A stretch of 64,000 bases of DNA from the human T2T-CHM13v2.0 reference genome, Homo sapiens: the NCBI RefSeq assembly GCF_009914755.1, contig NC_060943.1; one strand, given 5' to 3'. The position numbers were made by a program, and so were the translations under genes. Below, one piece after another: positions 35,350-50,141 of this stretch. Numbering within the stretch: position 1 is the stretch's first letter; every line of letters starts with the position of its first letter. A model generated the notes under the pieces. That model saw only the letters and a list, made by a program, of their open reading frames with translations, was not told the origin of the DNA and made no database searches.

Positions 35350-35933
35350 TCAAAAAAAAAAAAAAAAAAAAGCAAAGAAATGTTTTTTCCTAGTAATTCT
35401 TCCACCAACTGGCTTATGTCAGCCAGATAAATAAGGAGACAGATCTTTTACAGTCGAAGCTAATTCTGACTTTCCCAAGTATGACGAAAGAGGTAAGGAT
35501 GACATTTTTTAAACCTAAGCAACAAGAAGAATGAAGCACGCTACTAAGATAAGACAGACTGGAAGGTTTTGGGGAGACACGATCGCAAGCTCAGTTTCGG
35601 ATGCTCTGAGTTTCAGATGGCTCAAATGCGTGGGGAGGGCAAGTGGGCATCTGCAGGCTCTCTAACAGCCTGCACCGACTTCACTTCTTACATCCCTTTC
35701 ACTCTTCGGCTCGCTTCGCTCGCTATCTGTAGTCAATCGTCTACTCCTGTTTCCCACGCCTGCACCTTTGTATGTGCAATGGACACTGCCAGGAAGGCCA
35801 TCTCCTCATGGTTTAACCCCACTTCCTAACACCCTCAAGCAAGACCAGAAGCCCCGCACAGCAGCACTAATGCTCGGGCCCCACCCCTCTCAGGGTCCCG
35901 CCTCCCTCAAGCCCCGCCCCGCGCTGCGCTCAC

Positions 35934-36016
35934 TTGTAGAAGCTCACAGGGCGGTTGTCTGCACCCAGGCGGCCCGCAGTGTTGGAGCAGTTCGGCGCCC
36001 TGCAGTACTTGGGCAT
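35934..36016 (-). CDS. THAP8: THAP8 exon 1 coding part (MPKYCRAPNCSNTAGRLGADNRPVSFYK)
   Basis: GCCATG start at 36016; THAP MxxxCxxxxC motif; AA|GTGAGC donor. Confidence 0.96.
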
Positions 36017-36746
36017 GGCTATCCAGCCCCCGCTGAGTTTTGCCGGGTCAGCGGCTGCACTTTGGTTCTCGCGGAGCGCCGCCTAACCCCGCCCCACCCG
36101 CGCTCGCCGCCTGCCTCACGTGACGTCCGTGGAGTCTCGTCACGTACCGGGGAGAGAGCTGAGAGCGCCTGCCTACTAGGCGCCCCTCCACAGTGCCACA
36201 GTCCCGCCCTCGTCACGTGACGAATGGGCCATAGCGAGTACTGTGCACCTGCGCAAAGCCGGCCCTTCGTCACCCCGACTTTCATCACGTGTTGGGGGGA
36301 AGGGCGGCGTCACGGCGTTTCTGAGCCTGCGCCAACCAAATCAACTGGCTAGTCAATCTCTTACGGCTCCACCCTACGCCTACATCCGGGCAACCGTTGG
36401 GGCGCACATAGTTCCTCTAGGTGGCGGCAAAAACCGAGGTGAGGCGGCCGTGGCCTTAGCCTCGTAAAAATTAAAACCTGTATGTTTCAGCGAATAATGA
36501 AAACGCAGTCTGGATGAAAGACCCCATGACGCTTAATCAGGCATCCAGTACACTGGCTGTGGCCCCGCCCCGCCAGGCACTCGCTCCGCCTCTTCGCCCC
36601 CATTGGTTCTAAGCGCCGCCCGGCATCCCTGCGATTGGCTAGGCCGGGCCCGTCGCGTCCAATAGGCGGTGGCGCCGGCTTTCCCGCGGCTGTTCGCTGT
36701 TCCAGTGGGTCGTGGCGGTGGCGGCAGCGGCGGTTAGGGGATGTAA

Positions 36747-36989
<243 letters not shown>

Positions 36990-39283
36990 TAGGTTTCCCC
37001 TAGTCCCGTCCTGAGAACTGTGGCCCCGACATCAGCCCCCGGCCAGTCCCCTCAGGTTGTTCCCTGCCATGCCTCGTCCCCTAACCCCCGCCCCTTTAGC
37101 CACGGCCCCTCCCACTTTCTCCTCGCTGCTTTCCCGGCTCCACCCTCAGCGTTGGAGCAATTCGGGGGTTCCTCGCTGGTTCCCACCCGTGGAAATGCAT
37201 TTTGCTTCTGTAAATCACAGCCTAGTCCTGCTATATTTTAACCCCCGTTCTATCGCCTTTAGACGTCACGATCATAGCTCACTGCAGCCTCACTGCCCTG
37301 GCCCCCGCTGAGTCATTAAGGTCCCTTCGAGGGTTCGGTCCAGAGTGTTACCTGCCCCAACTCTTCCTCGCTTCTACCCCGCCTTCTCTCACCTTCTGCG
37401 ATCTCTATCCTTTTTCCTCACCAAGGTGGGATTCTTAATCCATATTGTCACTCAAAACTATGAGAAAGACGTGAGAAGTTATTTATAAAATCTCTGCAGT
37501 GCTGCCTGGGGAGGAGGGCGTACAGAACAGTTCCCTAAATCCTGAGACAGAAAAATGGAAAGAAATGATTTCACAGTAGGTAGAAGGAATTCCATTAGCA
37601 CAGCGGCAATTAAAAAAATTGTTTTCCAGCTGTGTAGGCACAAAATCTGTTTTTATAAAATGGAGATGATAAGAACCATACTACTGGTAGGGCGCGGTAG
37701 CTCACGTCTGTAATCCCAGCACTTTGGGAGGCCAAGGTGGGCTGTTCACCTGAGATCAGTTCAAGACCAGCCTGGCCAACATGGTGAAACCCGTCTCTAC
37801 AAAAAGTAGAAAAATTAGCCCGGCATGCTAGCGCGCGCCTGTAATCCCAGCTGCTCAGGAGGCTGAGGCGGGAGAAATCGCTTGAACCTGGGAGGCGGAG
37901 GTTGCAGTGAGCTGAGGTCATGCCACTGCACTCCAGCCTGGGCGACAGAGTGAGACTCTGTCTCAAAATAAATAAATAAATAAATTATACTATTGCATTG
38001 GAGGGAAATGAAATTTTAATTGTGATCTTCTTGGCACGGAGTCCAGATAAAGGGAGGATACCTGGTAGCTGCTGGTGGAGCTTGTTCCTGCCCCATGACT
38101 TTCTCCTGCACTGTGATTATACCGCCCACTCCTGGCTACAGGGCTCTGGCTGTACCTCCCATGTGCTCTCTGTCACCAAGGTTCAGTCACACTGGCCTGC
38201 TTTTGGTTTTCCTGAGGCTCCATATTCTTTTCTGCCTCCTGGCCTTTGTGATTGGTGAGTCCTCAGCCTGGGCTTTTTGCTGCAATCTGCCTGTCTGGCT
38301 CCTTCCCATCCTTCAAGTCTCAGCCTGAATGTCGCTATCTTGAAAGGCCTTCTCGAACCCCATTCTAAAGCAAACAGCCACCTTCATCTGTCACCCAGCA
38401 CCCTATACTTCATAGCCTTTATCTTATATGTTCCTGAAAGTGCCCTTTGAGCTATTAAACTACATATAACAATAGCAAATTCAGAGAGGCGTTATAGCAA
38501 AGTGGCTAAGAGCACAGACTGCTGCTGATGGTATGGTTGGACCCAGGCAGCCTGAGCTTAAACTTTAGTCCTGTTCTTCCTGGCAGGTTATGAACTTCGC
38601 TTTTTCTTTTCTTTTTTTTTTTTTTTGAGATGGGGTCTTACTCTGTCATCCAGGCTGTAGTGCACTGGGTTGATCTCGGCTCACTGCAGTCTCAGCCTCC
38701 CTGGGCTCAGGTGATCTTCCTGCCTCAAGCCTCCTGAGTAGCTGGGACTGCAGGCGCATGCCACCATACCTGACTAATTTTTTTGTGTTTTCTGGTAGAG
38801 ACAGGGTCTCGCCGTGTTGGCCAGGCTGGTCTTGAATTACTGAGCTCAAGCGATCTGCCTGCCTCGGCCTCCCAAAGTGCTAGGATTACAGGCGTGAGCT
38901 ACTGTGCCCCGCCAAGTTATGAACTTATCTGTGCCTCAGTTTTCTTATCTGTAAAATGAGAATAATGATGTAGAAATCTCTCATAGGGTATTTGTGAGGA
39001 TTCAATGAGGTTACATATCCTAGGCACTTAGAACAACACTGGCATATGGCAAGTACTCTATTCATGTTAGCTAATACTGATATTATGACTGTGTATTTGG
39101 GGTAATATTTATTTATTTTTTTTGTTTGGCAGCACAGAGTTGATCTGTCTTGCAAAGACCTAGTCTAAAAGTGACCATTCATACCAGGGCCCAGTAATGC
39201 TGATCGACAGATAAGACAACATGAGTGCCATGGCTTGGTTGTTTGTGTTGGAATCCTGGCACTACCCCTTCCTGGATGGGTAA

Positions 39284-39577
<294 letters not shown>

Positions 39578-40044
39578 TAAATATTACTGTTCATGTGGTT
39601 TTTTACTCGTTGAAACCGCTCAAATTTCTGGACTGTGAATCTGATGTGGGGAAACTGTCTACCTTTGGTCACTACTGTGTCTCTCCTGTACAGCCCAAAG
39701 TGCTAGCTTTGGAGCCAGACTGCCTGGGTTTGTATATCAACATTGCCACTTGCAGATGTAGGATCTTGGGCCTCAGACTTCTTACCTGTAAAACAGGGGT
39801 GATAATAGAGCCTTCTTCGTGGCTTGTTGGGAGGATTCAAGTCTTTTATACATATAAAAGTACTAAGAGGCCGGGCACAGTGGCTCATGCCTGTAATCCT
39901 AGCACTTTGGGAGGCCGAGGCGGGTGTATCACCTGAGGTCAGGAGTTCGAGGCCAGCCTGGCCAACATGGTGAAACCCCATCTCTACTAAAAATACAAAA
40001 ATTAGCCGGACATGGTGGCATGTGCCTGTAATCCTAGCTACTCA

Positions 40045-40179
<135 letters not shown>

Positions 40180-40503
40180 TTATTCACAGGTCACCTTCTC
40201 ACCGCGGCATTCGCCCCCTTCCCCTGTGCTCCTAACCTCCTTATCTGCTTTCTTCTCTCTTGCACCCATCATTACTTGGCATCTATTTCACATATTTGTT
40301 CTGCTCCTTTTCTATGTTCTACATACCCATCACCAGTAGAATGTGAGCCCCCCGAGGGCAGGGATTTGTCTCTTCCTCACCACTCTGTGCTTTTCACCTA
40401 GCGTTGTATTTGTCAAAGGAATGTTGAGAGAACAAGTGTTAGCTGCTGGTGGATGGCGTGGCCACAGAAGCTCAGTGTGGGTGTTGAATGTAGCAGGACC
40501 TGA

Positions 40504-40671
<168 letters not shown>

Positions 40672-41766
40672 TAAGCAGATAAGGGCCTCGACGTCTAATC
40701 ATTGCTAGGGAATTTGGAGCTTGGAACCTGAAGCCATCCGTAAATCGCTCTGAGCCTCATATTTTTCACCTGTAGAATGTGGAGAATGGGGCCTGCCTCT
40801 GAGAGCTGTGGAGAGGATTCCATAGCCCCCTCTCTGTCTAGAACAGTTCCTGGCATGTAGTGAGTGCAATGAAAGCCTTTATTATGACTACAGGGGGGAG
40901 GTGACAGCGATTCTGGGAAAGACAGGTGATTAAAGTCCACGCTGTGGTGTCAGGTAACCTGGATTTGTGTCCCAGCTCTGCCATGTATGCTGCTCTCTGA
41001 GCCTCTTCCTCTGCCTCTGTAAAACAGAGCTGGTGACCCCCTCTGCTTGCATAGTTGAGAAGACTGAAGAAGATGCTACAGCTGTTCATTCCATAAATAC
41101 TCATGTAGCCTGGCACTGTGCTAAGGACGTCCCCTCTCTGGGTTTGTTTCCTTATCTATAAATGGGCCTAAATAGTCGTGACCTGACCTGGCAGTTGTGA
41201 GGATTTAAAACAATTACATCCCTCTTTCTCTCTTTTTGTTTTGTTTTGCTTTTTTGAGACAGAGTCTGGCTGTGTTGCCCAGGCTAGAATGCAATAGTGT
41301 GAATAACAGCTCACTACAGCCCCAACCTCCTGTGCTCAAGCGATCCTCCCATCTTCACCTCCCATGTAGCTGGGACTACAGGCACATGCCACCACAGCCA
41401 GCTAATTTTTTTTAGTGGAGATGAGATCTCACTCTGTCGCCCAGGCTGGTCTAAAACTCCTGAGCTCAAGTGATCCCTCCTGCCCCATACTCCCAAAGTG
41501 CTGGGATTATAGCCAGCTTAAGGTCTTAATTAGCCTAGGGCCTGACAGACATTACCTCAGAGGAAGTGTTGGTTTCTATTTAAGAACATAGCAATGTTAA
41601 AGTGCCCTAGAATTCTCAGCGTAAACACCTGGAGGAGGGGGAGGAGGAGGAGACCAGAGAGAACCGAGGGAGCTTGTTTATTTGTGGGCTTTTCTGGTGG
41701 GAATAGAATCATCCCAGGACCCCAACACTCCCCACAGTTGAGGCACATTTTCCTCTTTCTTCCCAG

Positions 41767-41829
41767 CTGTGTGGTGGTGATTTTGGACCCCAAGGAGAAC
41801 AAGCAGCAGCACATCTTTAACACCGCCAG
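41767..41829 (+). CDS. WDR62: WDR62 exon 3 ([21 protein letters not shown])
   Basis: Pyrimidine tract with CCCAG acceptor, GTAGGC donor; 63 nt. Confidence 0.95.
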
Positions 41830-43662
41830 GTAGGCTGAGGCCTGGGCCCGGGGCAGGGGTGGAACCAGGGGCTTGGCACGCCTCCCCTCCCCTACACAGC
41901 CTGGAGATACTCATGGGTAGGTGCTCACTCATTCACTTACATGTTGGCTCAGCAGCATTCGCCTGTGCTGGGTGCTGTTCCGTGTGCTGGGGACACAGCA
42001 GTGACCAGAGGAGACGAGAATCTCTGCTGGCTAGAGCGAGACAGACTGTAAACTAGTCAGCAAATTACGGGCTGATCATGATCAGTGCTATGGAGGAAAT
42101 GATGGAGGATGTCTTCGGGCAGGTTTGTGGGCAGAGAATAGGAGGAAAGCCTTATCAGAAGGCTCAGGGAACGCTGCCTTGACTCTGAGACCTGAAGGAA
42201 GCGAGAGGGTGACCCATAAGAAGCTGTAGGGAGAGCGCTTCAGGCAGGGGGCACAGGAAGGGCAAAGGCCCTGCAGTGGTTAAGAATCTCCGGCGCTTTA
42301 GAAGCAGCCAGGGATCTGGGTGCCTGGAGAAAGGAGCAGGGAAGATGAGGCTGGACCAGGCAGAAGCCACATCCCGTAGGCCTTGCAGCCTTGTAGAGGG
42401 TCTGCATAGCATGCTGAGTGCAGAGAGCAGCCACAGGAGGGCACCACAGGCCAGGAATGTGCTTTTCACCCCCAGCCCTCCAGCAGCTCTATTCCCTGCT
42501 TTGCTTTTCTCCACAAAATTTGCTCCCATCTCTGATATGCTGTCCAGTTTCCTCATTGATGGTATTCACTGTGGGTCTCCCTCAGTGTGAGCACTCTTGA
42601 GAGCAGGGACTTTCTCTGAGTTCATTTCTGTGTCCCTAGCACCAAAGAGCAGTATCTGGCATATTGATGGCTATTTTCTAAGAGAAAGACTTAACATGAT
42701 TTGGGTTTTAGAAAGATCCCTTCAGCTATAAGTTTACTGGGGAAGGACCCGCTCCTCTGCCTTGGGGCTAACTGATCACTGCTACCCTGGGGATGTGGTC
42801 CCAATAGGGCTGTGACCTTTGGAAGGCACACCATGTCCCTCCTTGGCATAGCTCAGGCTCAGCTCCTTTGGCCCAGTTCTCCAGGTGGATGGATAAGGAG
42901 TGGGTTTTCTCCTGCCCTTATGGTCCCTAAGGTACGGTCCTTAAGCTACGGCAGGTTCTTGTTATCTGACAGAAGTGCATTCCCTCTTGAAAGTGGCTTT
43001 TTGGACCTTTTGCTCCTAACTGTGGGTTCTGTTACTGGTGATAAGGGCAGAGCTGGGTTCCATTCCTGGCTCAAGCGTCTATTCACTGTGGAATCTCAGG
43101 TGAGACACTTCTTTCAGAGCCTTGGTCTCCTCTGAAAATAAAATAGCTGCCTCCAACTGGGAGAGCATTCATAAGGCAGCAGCTACAAACCAGAGTCACA
43201 CACACTTGCCCAATATAGTATGTTTTAAAGGTTGGATAAGTGGACAACATTTCAAGTTTTTTAACACAAAAATCCAAATGTCCCTTTTGTTTGGAGAAGT
43301 GAGAAATTCTCTGGCCTCTGGGGCCCAAATTCCCCTGTGGCAGTGAGGGGCTGAGCTTAGTGAAATTTGTCAGGCCCGTTGTGGCCAGTTCCTCACACCT
43401 GTGTTGCCTCCCTAATCCCTGTAGGCAGTGGAGTGGGTGGCCTGGATCTATAGTAGATGGTATGCAGGTGTCCGCCCTTGGCCACCAGTGGGTGTGCATT
43501 AGGAGGTGGTGTGGCCAGTGTGGGGATTTTCACTCCAACTGCATATCAGAATCACCTGGTCCCTGTGCCTCACCGCCCCCCCACCGCCACGCAAGAGAAA
43601 GCCAAATCAGTTGATCTGGGATGAAACTTGGGCATTGGCAATTTTGAGACTTTTTATATTGA

Positions 43663-43974
<312 letters not shown>

Positions 43975-44117
43975 TGAGCTTAGACAGTCTGCCTGCCTCA
44001 GCCTCCCAAAGTGCTAGGATTACAGGTGCGAGCCACTGCACTTGGCCAAATGTTAGCATTTTACCACATTTGCTTTATCATTTTTTGTCTATATACATAT
44101 TAATTTGTTCTGAACTA

Positions 44118-44495
<378 letters not shown>

Positions 44496-45083
44496 TCAGT
44501 GTGTATTTCCTACAAAAAAAAATGACAATCTTTTTAAACTGTAATACATCCAGCAAAATCAGGAAATGAAAATTGATATATCACTCTCATCCACTCCCCA
44601 GAGGGCACCATTCAGGAGTCAGCCTTTGTCCCATGAATGTCCTTTATGGCCAAAGGATTCTGTCTAGAATCACACATTGCATTGAGTTGTCCCCTCAGTC
44701 TCTTTCAGGCTGACGTGGCTCCTCTGTCTTTTCTTGACTTTCAGGATCTTGACATTTTTTTTTTTCTTTTTGAGATGGAGTCTCTGTCGTCAGGCTGGAG
44801 TGCAGTGGTGGGATCCTGGCTCACTGCAACCTGACTCCCCAGTTCAAGTGATTCTCCTGCCTCAGCCTCCCGAGTAGCTAGGATTACAGGCATATGCCAC
44901 CATGTCCGGCTAATTTTTGTATTTTTAGTAGAGCTGGGGTTTCCCCATGTTGGCCAGGATGGTCTCGATCTCCTGACCTTGTGATCCGCCCGCCTTGGCC
45001 TCCCAAAGTGCTGGGATTACAGGCGTGAGCCACAGCACCTGGCCACTTTTTTTTGTTTTTTTGTTTTTTGAGACGAAGTCTCA

Positions 45084-45425
<342 letters not shown>

Positions 45426-45951
45426 TCACGGGCAGACTCAGGTTCTGCATCTTTGGCAGGAACAGACCAGAAGGGGTGCTGTGTTCTTCCTGGTGCCTCC
45501 TCTCAGGAGGTCTCCTATGACTGGTGGTGTTCACTGGGAGCACTTGGCCAAGGTGTTGCCTGCCAGATTCCTCCACTTCAAAGCCTCTCTTTTCACCTTT
45601 GTGATTAGCAGGTATCCTGGGGACATCTTTCCTGAGACAGTGCAAATATTATCTTGTTCCTCACCAAACTTTCACTCAACTAATCTTAGGCTTTGACACT
45701 TTTCAGATGCTCCCCAGGGAAATCTAATGTACAGCCAGGACTGAGAACTACTGGCTTAGAGGTCAGGGCTCTGCCCTGTCTGGTTAGGTAACTGCAGGCA
45801 GGGGACTTCCTTGTGTTGCAGTCACCTCATCTGCCAAGTTGGTTCATGAGAGCCCTGACTCCATGAAGCATGCTTGAGGAATCAGTGCACTGATGGCCAG
45901 ACAGCATTTGCCAGAGGGCCAGGCACAAGGTCAGGGCATGCGACAGGTTAG

Positions 45952-46266
<315 letters not shown>

Positions 46267-46320
46267 TAGACAGGGTTTCACCGTGTTAGCCAGGGTGGTC
46301 TCGATCTCCTGACCTTGTGA

Positions 46321-46662
<342 letters not shown>

Positions 46663-47759
46663 TGAGGCACCGCACCCGGCCCCCATTCCTTCTCTCCTGT
46701 TCCACCCCATTTATTGTGAGGCTTCTGGTCTTGAAGTCACTTCATGGCCCAAGATGGAGTTCTGGCTGTCGTGTGCGTATTTCAGGAGGGGAACTGGTAG
46801 GAAGCAGGGCAAAGGGTTCCCTTTGACGAGTATTTCAGGAAGTCCCACACAGCATGTCAGTTTACTTCTCCTTGGCCAGACTAAGTCATGTAGCTGTACC
46901 TGCATAGTTGCAAGCATAAAACTGGGGTTATGTCAGTAAGGAAAGAGAGGCGAGTGGATATCCAGGAGGCAGCTTGCCCTGTTTGTTGCAGTAAGGAGCC
47001 ACGGGAAGCCTGGGAAGCAGGTTGACTTGATGATGAATATTCCATGAAGTTGCCAAAGTCTCACTTAGCGACATTTACTTAGTTATCTACACACCAATTT
47101 ACCATCTCACGTAGGGAGACAATTATTAGATTGTTAAGGAACAAAGGTAAAAATAAGATTAAAAGAGAGAAGGGAGTAGAAGGAAACCATACAATCTGGG
47201 AACAGTGAATCTTGCTGCCAGAAACCTACGAGCTAGCCTGTTCATTCAGTGCTTGTGCAGGCTAGCTAGGAGTATCAGAAACATTTTGGCTCTTTATGGA
47301 TTTTCCAGAACACCTTGAGTATTTAGCAGTGGAGCACAGGCTGCAGGCTACCTTGATGTGATGCCTGCCAGGATCCTCCCATCAGCACCACCCGTTTAGT
47401 TAGGCCAGGCCTGTACCATTTCCTGCATCTCTATTTCTCAGTGTTACAGGGTGGATAGGGTCTTAGGATACCCACTGCGGCAGAGGGAGAAGAAAGCAGG
47501 GTCCGCATACAGTGTCTACTCCATTTGGGTTTGGTGTCTCAGGGCGGAAGGGGCCTTTGCATTTACCCCCATTTCTCTGTGTGCTTTGCTGGGCACACCA
47601 GCGGCACTGGCTCTGTGGGAGCTGCTTGAGCTCACCTCTGCTGGCCTCTTCCGAGGCTTGGGAGGCAGAAGAGGGCAGAGTCCTATCAGAGTCGCCAGGA
47701 TGGGGTCTGGCTGGCCACCCTCAGCGGAACCAGTGATCAGCTCTTTTCTTTATCCCCAG

Positions 47760-47817
47760 GAAGTCTCTCAGTGCTCTGGCCTTCTCCCCTGATGGGAAGT
47801 ACATAGTGACAGGGGAG
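47760..47817 (+). CDS. WDR62: WDR62 exon 4 ([19 protein letters not shown]), WD40 repeat
   Basis: WD40 [12 protein letters not shown] motif; AG/GTGAGT boundaries; 58 nt. Confidence 0.96.
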
Positions 47818-48058
47818 GTGAGTCGTGATCGTGACTGAGTGGGAGTCGGGGGCTGGGGGGTCTTGGAAGCCATTCCTTCTGCTCCCGGCAGGCCTGGGAG
47901 TCCCTGGAATAGCTCCTTCCTGGGCCAGAACAGCCCTGTAGCAGATGGGGGAGGTGGCTTTTGGGCACATCCTGTGGCAATGCCATCTTCGGCCTTGACA
48001 ACCCTCTAGCCCTGCCCAGTACAGAGCCCAGCAGCAGTAACGACCCCACCTTCCCTAG

Positions 48059-48307
<249 letters not shown>

Positions 48308-49083
48308 TGAGAGGACGCAGTAAAGTGCTCACTCACCCAACAGATAACAGCTATTGAGCACCTGTGACATGCTGATCCCTTATTGTAGGGCACAAGGCAG
48401 GCTCCCAGCTAGAAGCATTATACATATTTTTATATTGACCAGCTGTGACCTTAGGCAAGTGACTTAACATCTCTGTGAGTCTGTTTCCTCCTCTGTTAGA
48501 TGGATATAGTAGTACTTATCTTGTTGAGTTGTGAGACTTTAATGAGTTGATAAGCACTGGAAGGCTGGGCTTTGGAACAGCTGTGGAGCTGGCAGAAGTG
48601 GGTACCAAGTCCTGGCTCTGCCCATAACCCACTATGTGACCTTGAGCACATGACATCTCCCCCTCTGAGCCTGGTAGGGTTGGGGAGAAGCGCCTCCCTC
48701 GTGGGGCTTTTGAGGGATTGAGGAAATTTCATGGGTTATCCTGTGAAGGGCTCAGGGCAGGGCCCAGAGCAGGAGCCCCATCTGTGACAGCCATAGGTTG
48801 TGTTGTCCTTACATCCCAGCCGTGACTGTCCCCAATACCATGTGTGGGCTGCAGAGCTTAGACCCTTGGAGAGAGCTCTGGAACATACTGTCCCATGGGG
48901 ACCATTCCAAGCCTCTGTCCCTTCCTCTGTCGGTGAGGAATGAGCAGGGTGCCCCACATAGGTTTCCCCATACAGCAGCTCCCTGGAGGGTCCCAGGAAG
49001 ACAGACTTGGAGCGGGGACGAGCAGGGAGTTCCAGCCTGAGGGCAAAGGCACAAACAGTCCAGTGGAATGAGTGCTGGCATGA

Positions 49084-49323
<240 letters not shown>

Positions 49324-49629
49324 TGAGATTTGAGGGCAGCGGTCTCGGGCCATTTGGCCTCTCAGGGGCCCAGCTGCTGCTTCTGGGCCTACTCTCAGGG
49401 TGCTGATGCACAGGCCCTGCCAGGAACCCCCTGACCCTGGGACCAGCTCTCATTCTTGGACTGCTGCTGTCCAGCCCCTCTGTCCAGAGTGGCAGGGTTC
49501 TAGTGTTTTCTTCCCTTCTCCATTTGGAAGAGCTTCTTAGAGTTCTCCTGTTTTGTTGTGTCCTATCATCTGGTCATGCAGGGCCCAGCTGTGTGGACAA
49601 GTATCTCACTACGCCCTCTGTGTCTCCAG

Positions 49630-49812
49630 GTGACGAGCACAGTGCCCCTTGTAGGGCGCTCGGGCATCCTGGGCGAGCTGCACAACAACATCTTCTGTGG
49701 TGTGGCCTGCGGTCGGGGCCGGATGGCGGGCAGTACCTTCTGTGTGTCCTACTCGGGCCTCCTCTGCCAGTTCAATGAGAAGAGGGTGCTGGAGAAGTGG
49801 ATCAACCTGAAG
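49630..49812 (+). CDS. WDR62: WDR62 exon 7 ([18 protein letters not shown]...EKWINLK)
   Basis: AG/GTACCA boundaries; 183 nt, in frame. Confidence 0.96.
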
Positions 49813-50141
49813 GTACCACCTCCCTCTCTGCCATCAGCTGGACAGACTCTTTCTCGTGATATGTGTCTGCAGGGGTGCTCATCAGCATTGACCACACAGG
49901 TTCTGCTTATGTGACTAGTGGTGAATGACGCCCACTCTCTGAGCTTAAGGTTCCACATCTGTAAAATGGGAGTACTGCTGCCCTCCCCGCAGAGCTGATA
50001 AGGAAGTCACGTGAGATAACATAGGCAAGGCAGTGAGCACGGTGCTTGGTACCCTGAAATGGGCTCAAGGTGACAGTTGTTTTCCCATGACTATTTGATC
50101 TACTTCACATTTCTTTTCTCCTTTGAGCACTCTGGCTGGTA

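Noticed and set aside
47026-47120. Box C-like TGATGATGA in WDR62 intron 3
   Set aside because: No matching box D CTGA or terminal stem seen at snoRNA distance
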